Source of the DNA: an uncultured Alphaproteobacteria bacterium
Lineage (GTDB): Bacteria > Pseudomonadota > Alphaproteobacteria > HIMB59 > GCA-002718135
Direction: 5' to 3'
Length of the DNA stretch: 64,000 bases
NCBI GenBank assembly: GCA_902621725.1
Contig: CACNND010000002.1
Span: forward strand, 49 to 64,048
A model generated the notes under the pieces. It saw only the letters and a program-made list of their open reading frames with translations, had not been told where the DNA came from and ran no database searches. This document shows positions 59,789 through 64,000 of this stretch, piece by piece; position 1 is the stretch's first letter; every line of letters starts with the position of its first letter. Position numbers and translations under genes: made by a program.

Positions 59789-60970
59789 TTATTTTTTTAG
59801 TCTTAATGATTGAATTTTTATAAATCCTTCAGCATCTGCTTGATTATAATCCCCTTTTTCATCAAATGAAACTAGTGAATTATCATATTTGGAATTATTT
59901 GATCTTCTTCCTTTTATAATTACATTACCTTTAAAAATTTCAAGTCTTACATCTCCCGAAACATTAATTTGAGTTGAGTCAATAAGTTTTTGAAAAGCCC
60001 TTCTTTCAGAAGAAAACCAAAGGCCATTATATATAATTTCAGCATAATTGCTCATAATCTGATCTTTTAAATGAGCCTCACCCCTGTCTAGTGTAATACT
60101 TTCTATTGCTCTATGGGCTTTAATTAAAATAGTTCCTCCGGGTGTTTCATATACTCCTCTTGATTTCATTCCAATGAATCTATTTTCAACAATGTCTACC
60201 CTTCCAACACCATGTTTACTCGCTATATGATTCAATTCTTTTAATAATGTATGAGGTTTAAGTGATTTGTTATTTAACTTTATTGGATCACCATTTTTAT
60301 ATGTAATAATGATTGTTTCAGGAGTATCGGGTGTATCTTCTAAAGATACAGTTCTAGAAAAAACATATTCTGGTGGTTCCACCCATGGGTCTTCCAATAA
60401 CTTTCCTTCTGAAGAAGTATGTAAAAGATTTGCGTCAGTACTAAAAGGTGTTTCTCCTAATTTGTCTTTTGGCACATTAATCTGATTTTTTTCTGCAAAA
60501 TTAATTAAGTCCTCTCTGGACTGAAATTCCCAATCTCTCCATGGAGCTATTATATTTATGTCTGGATGATTACTATAATAACCTAACTCAAAACGCACTT
60601 GATCATTACCTTTTCCAGTAGCTCCGTGTGCTACAGCGTCAGCGCCAACCATTCTTGCGATTTCTACTTGTCTCTTTGCTATTAAAGGTCTTGCTATAGC
60701 AGTTCCAAGTAAGTACTCTCCTTCGTAAAGTGCATTTGCTCTAAACATAGGAAAAACATAATCCCTTACGAATTCTTCTTGCAGATCTTCTATAAAAATT
60801 TCTTCAACGCCTAAACTTTCAGCCTTAGTTTTGATTGGATCTAGTTCATCACCTTGACCAATATCTGCTGTAAATGTTACAACAGGACAATTATACTTAA
60901 TTTGTAACCATTTAAGAATTACACTTGTGTCTAATCCACCTGAATAAGCTAAAACAATTTTCTTAGGCAT
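59789..60970 (-). CDS. argG: argininosuccinate synthase
   Basis: 393 aa with AYSGGLDTS and [13 protein letters not shown]. Confidence 0.95.
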   Translation of the reverse strand: MPKKIVLAYSGGLDTSVILKWLQIKYNCPVVTFTADIGQGDELDPIKTKAESLGVEEIFIEDLQEEFVRDYVFPMFRANALYEGEYLLGTAIARPLIAKRQVEIARMVGADAVAHGATGKGNDQVRFELGYYSNHPDINIIAPWRDWEFQSREDLINFAEKNQINVPKDKLGETPFSTDANLLHTSSEGKLLEDPWVEPPEYVFSRTVSLEDTPDTPETIIITYKNGDPIKLNNKSLKPHTLLKELNHIASKHGVGRVDIVENRFIGMKSRGVYETPGGTILIKAHRAIESITLDRGEAHLKDQIMSNYAEIIYNGLWFSSERRAFQKLIDSTQINVSGDVRLEIFKGNVIIKGRRSNNSKYDNSLVSFDEKGDYNQADAEGFIKIQSLRLKK

Positions 60971-61444
60971 TTAACAATCGTTAATTAACTGATTATAAGC
61001 TAAAGTAAATCCATTAAGAGTATAGGAGTCATTGGTAATAGTGCCCCTTGAAGACTCGCCTGTAACCTTAAGCTCTAGCCCTTTTTTCATAGCAAAAATT
61101 ACTTTTGCGTCTTCTTCTGTCCAAGCAGCAGTTGGCAAATCTTCAGTTGTATAAAACTTGTACTCTCCCTTATCTATACTTATAATAATATCAGAAGAAA
61201 CCTTGTAGCTATAACCAGCCTCTATTTGAACTATTGTGTCTGGGTTACCTATGTTTTTGTAAACTAAGACGTAGAAGTCTCCTCTTTTCTTATCACTTGG
61301 TAAATCTGTTTCTGTTGCTAAACTGCCAATATAGCAATACTCATCAGCTTTCTCAAAAGACCATTTACCTACTTCTAAAGCAATAAGAGTACTAGGAAAT
61401 GCTACATATAGTACAAGTAATAACTTAAGAATAATTTTCATCAA
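60971..61444 (-). CDS. exported protein, possibly IalB-like
   Basis: 157 aa with a signal peptide and a C-terminal ...YTLNGFTLAYNQL block resembling invasion-associated locus B family ends. Zero-nt gap to argG. Confidence 0.5.
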   Translation of the reverse strand: MMKIILKLLLVLYVAFPSTLIALEVGKWSFEKADEYCYIGSLATETDLPSDKKRGDFYVLVYKNIGNPDTIVQIEAGYSYKVSSDIIISIDKGEYKFYTTEDLPTAAWTEEDAKVIFAMKKGLELKVTGESSRGTITNDSYTLNGFTLAYNQLINDC

Positions 61445-61513
61445 TTGCTTCTTTTAGTATATCTTATGCAATTAGTTAAGAGTGTTTAATCAATGTTAGA
61501 GTCTTTTTAAAAT

Positions 61514-62050
61514 ATGGAAAAAACAAACCTAAATAACTTGATGATAAAGATTCAAAAAGACCGCGACGAAATGGCTTTTTCTCAAATCTTCGATTTTTTT
61601 GCACCAAAAATAAATGCTTATTTTATTCAAAATAGAATCAAAATTGAGAGCTCTGAGGAATTAACTCAAGAGGTTTTAAGTACTGTTTGGGTAAAATCAA
61701 ACCTGTATAACTCAAAAAAATCAGCTCTTTCAACGTGGATATTTACTATTGCCAGAAACAAAAAAGTAGACTTTTTCAGGAAAAATTCCAAAATAAATTT
61801 TAAAGAAGAGGATATACGAGAATTTTTATACCAAGATAGAGAAGTTGACCTGATTGAGGAAAATGAAGCGAAAAAACAAATAGAGAGAATAAATAATGAG
61901 CTCGATGAACAGCAAAAAATAATGATAAAAATGAACTTTTTTGAAAATAAAAGTCATAAAAAAATTGCAGATGAACTTGAAATTCCTTTGGGGACAGTTA
62001 AATCAAGAATAAGGCATATTTTAACAAAAATGCAGGAATTTTTAAGATGA
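61514..62050 (+). CDS. ECF-type RNA polymerase sigma factor (RpoE family)
   Basis: 178 aa with region 2 (TWIFTIARNKKVDFFR) and region 4 (HKKIADELEIPLGTVKSRI). Confidence 0.85.
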   Translation: MEKTNLNNLMIKIQKDRDEMAFSQIFDFFAPKINAYFIQNRIKIESSEELTQEVLSTVWVKSNLYNSKKSALSTWIFTIARNKKVDFFRKNSKINFKEEDIREFLYQDREVDLIEENEAKKQIERINNELDEQQKIMIKMNFFENKSHKKIADELEIPLGTVKSRIRHILTKMQEFLR

Positions 62051-62676
62051 ACGGAACAGTAGTAAAAAACCAGCTTATATTTGATTTTGCATCAGGAATA
62101 CTAGGTCCAGCAAAGTCTCTATTTGCTTCAACATATTTACAATTAAATTCAAATGCTTCTAAAATTGGGACTACATTTGAAAATATGTTGGGTGAAAATC
62201 TAATGAACAACGAAAACATTAATCCTAAAAATTTGAAGTATACAGACTGCATTGATAGCCCAAATAATAAACCGACGTCAAATATTAAAGATCCAGTAAC
62301 TAGCTTCTTTGGAAACCTTAACAATTTAAAGTGGAAACAAGTTTATAAAGGTTTTAAAGAGTATACTGCATCGATTGACGATAAAGATGAATTAAAATTA
62401 ATAAAAATGGAACCTGGGGTTTCTGTACCACTTCACTCCCATGGTGGAAAAGAGTACATATTAGTTTTGGAAGGCAGTTTCTGTGATGAATATGGTGAAT
62501 ACTCTAAGGGTGATATTCAGATAAACGATCAAAAAATAAAACATACCCCAATCGCATCAAGAAATACTGGATGTGTGTGTTTAAGTATTACTGAAAAAGA
62601 TGTGATTTTCTTTGGTAAATACGGATCTTTCTTAAATTTATTTACATTTATTAAATCTTTTTTTAAGCCAAAATAA
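62047..62676 (+). CDS. chrR: ChrR-like anti-sigma factor with a C-terminal cupin domain
   Basis: 209 aa overlapping the sigma gene by 4 nt. The cupin block is PLHSHGGKEYILVLEGSFCDEYGEYSKGD. The N-terminal anti-sigma domain aligns to ChrR but lacks the H-x3-C-x2-C ligands. Confidence 0.7.
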   Translation: MNGTVVKNQLIFDFASGILGPAKSLFASTYLQLNSNASKIGTTFENMLGENLMNNENINPKNLKYTDCIDSPNNKPTSNIKDPVTSFFGNLNNLKWKQVYKGFKEYTASIDDKDELKLIKMEPGVSVPLHSHGGKEYILVLEGSFCDEYGEYSKGDIQINDQKIKHTPIASRNTGCVCLSITEKDVIFFGKYGSFLNLFTFIKSFFKPK

Positions 62677-62700
62677 ACCCATTATTGTATAACTCTACTC

Positions 62701-63696
62701 GTGAGCAAAATTCACGTTGATTTTATTAGAGGTAAAGATATTGAAAGTACCCATCAAGTTAAAGCGTTGGTAACAAATATTGATGGTAGAATTTTGTTAT
62801 CTACAAATAATGATGATGATTTTTTTTATCCTCGTTCTTCAATTAAAATATTTCAAGCTATTCCTTTCGCAATGTCAGGTGCAGCCAAAAAATATAAATT
62901 AAACGGTAAACAAATAGCTTTAGCTTGTGCTTCTCACAAAGGAGAGGGTTTTCATATAAATGAACTAAAAAAATGGATTTTAAAAATAAAATTAAAAACA
63001 AAAAATTTACAATGTGGTATTCATGGACCATTAGACAAAACAGCTTCAGAAAAAATAATATATTCTAGAAATAAATTTAACGAGTTACATAACAATTGTG
63101 CTGGTAAGCACTTAGCTATGTTAACAAGCTGTCTGTATAATAATCATAGCATTACAAATTATTTAGATTTCAATCATCCACATCAAAAAAATATTAGAAC
63201 AGTTTTGAATAAGTTCACAGAGACAGAATTATCAAAAAAAAATTTCTCTTTAGATGGTTGTAGTGCTCCACAATATTCATTCCAAATAAAATCAATATCT
63301 AAAGCGTTAAATAATTTAATTAAATGTTATAATAGTAATCTTGAATATTCGATAGCAGCAAAAGTACTGATTGATTCAACTTTAAAATATCCAAATTATA
63401 TTGGAGGAACAAAAAGCTTTGATACAAAATTAATTGATTCTTCACAAAGTAAAATATTTTGTAAACATGGGGCTGAAGGTGTTTTTTTGTTTGCTCATTT
63501 GACAAAGGGAGTAAGTGGAGTGGTTAAAGTAACAGATGGCAATGAAAGAGCAATACCAATCACTATAATGAATATTTTTAAAGAATTAAAAATAATGAAT
63601 AAAAGTGAATTAAGAAACTTACAAAGAAAGGAGGAATTTTATCTTAAGAACCATGCGGAAAAGAAGATTGGGTATATTAATTTTAGAATAATATAA
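62701..63696 (+). CDS. asparaginase II-family protein (rhizobial-type, PF06089-like)
   Basis: 331 aa, GTG start. The pattern RG..IES.H ... YPRSSIKIFQAIP ... LACASHKGE..H ... LQCGIH.P is typical of this family. Confidence 0.7.
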   Translation: MSKIHVDFIRGKDIESTHQVKALVTNIDGRILLSTNNDDDFFYPRSSIKIFQAIPFAMSGAAKKYKLNGKQIALACASHKGEGFHINELKKWILKIKLKTKNLQCGIHGPLDKTASEKIIYSRNKFNELHNNCAGKHLAMLTSCLYNNHSITNYLDFNHPHQKNIRTVLNKFTETELSKKNFSLDGCSAPQYSFQIKSISKALNNLIKCYNSNLEYSIAAKVLIDSTLKYPNYIGGTKSFDTKLIDSSQSKIFCKHGAEGVFLFAHLTKGVSGVVKVTDGNERAIPITIMNIFKELKIMNKSELRNLQRKEEFYLKNHAEKKIGYINFRII

Positions 63697-64000
63697 GTAA
63701 CAAAAATATAGCAATCAATATTGTTAATGGCAATCTTAGAAAATAAAAAGCGCTTTTATTTAATTCGTTAGAAAATATAATAATGTAGTCAAAAAATAAT
63801 TGTGTTAACAAAAGCAGAATTATTAAAATAATTATTATTAAAATATTAATATTATAAAGATTTAATATTATAATAATAACGGAGAACAGGCTTGGCAGAA
63901 AACCATAGACTACAATATGTATAGGTGGATTATTTTTTAAATTCCAGTTAATTGATCCGATAAAAACTATAATAATTAAACTGTAATAAGTTATAAAATT
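63683..64000 (-). CDS. C-terminal part of a polytopic membrane protein (5' end beyond the window)
   Basis: My own minus-strand translation is open from 64000 to the TAA at 63683-63685 (...NFITYYSLIIIVFIGSINWNLKNNPP...LRLPLTILIAIFLLLILF). It converges on the asparaginase-family gene and overlaps it by 14 nt. Confidence 0.4.
   Translation of the reverse strand, partial: NFITYYSLIIIVFIGSINWNLKNNPPIHIVVYGFLPSLFSVIIIILNLYNINILIIIILIILLLLTQLFFDYIIIFSNELNKSAFYFLRLPLTILIAIFLLLILF

Noticed and set aside
61445-61513. An RpoE/ChrR-type autoregulatory promoter (TGATCC...TAAGA) upstream of the ECF sigma gene.
   Set aside because: A TAAGA is present, but the best upstream -35-like element (ATATC) has only a 13-nt spacer, which is not convincing.
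61998-62324. A 108-aa minus-strand ORF.
   Set aside because: It is antisense to the sigma/anti-sigma junction and the ChrR N-terminus, and it has no motifs.

Overview
This is an AT-rich, very gene-dense alphaproteobacterial chromosome segment. Spacers are mostly 0-40 bp and many genes share start/stop overlaps. Gene content (GcrA, CarD/CdnL, ChrR-type anti-sigma, system-I ccm, Suv3-like helicase) and the compaction point to a streamlined SAR11/Pelagibacterales-type genome; that assignment is inference, not a database match.

The window is almost entirely core metabolism:
- A minus-strand TCA block, sdhCDAB-mdh-sucCD-sucA (sucA runs off the window at position 1).
- An ffh-rpsP-rimM-trmD-rplS-leuCDB-asd block.
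- dapF-mtaB-ftsY-yciB, pgk, gcrA, dxs-panB, rpoH, carD-fdxA, acnA.
- A contiguous ccmABCDEFGH operon, folD, argG, and an ECF sigma/ChrR pair.
- One tRNA-Arg(UCG).

I saw no rRNA, CRISPR array, transposase, integrase, phage gene or recognisable defence gene.

The most interesting region is 12.7-21.3 kb. It contains mtnK, mtnA, a class II aldolase fused to a short-chain dehydrogenase, a sugar-type ABC importer with no ATPase gene, and a nucleoside-hydrolase-like gene. A triple half-site palindrome sits in the divergent promoter. Together these look like an import-coupled DHAP-shunt-type salvage module for methylthioribose or 5-deoxyribose.

Other items worth a second look:
- A GC-enriched candidate structured RNA upstream of sdhC.
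- Near-perfect 57-bp tandem repeats encoding an acidic tail on ribosomal protein S16, with the same [12 protein letters not shown] peptide on L19.
- A 58-aa poly-lysine (KKAAP-repeat) protein with its own promoter and two terminators.
- A metallophosphatase homolog with all three metal motifs mutated.
- A ChrR-like anti-sigma factor that lacks the zinc ligands.

All functional calls come from motif recognition in the supplied translations or my own translation. No searches were run.
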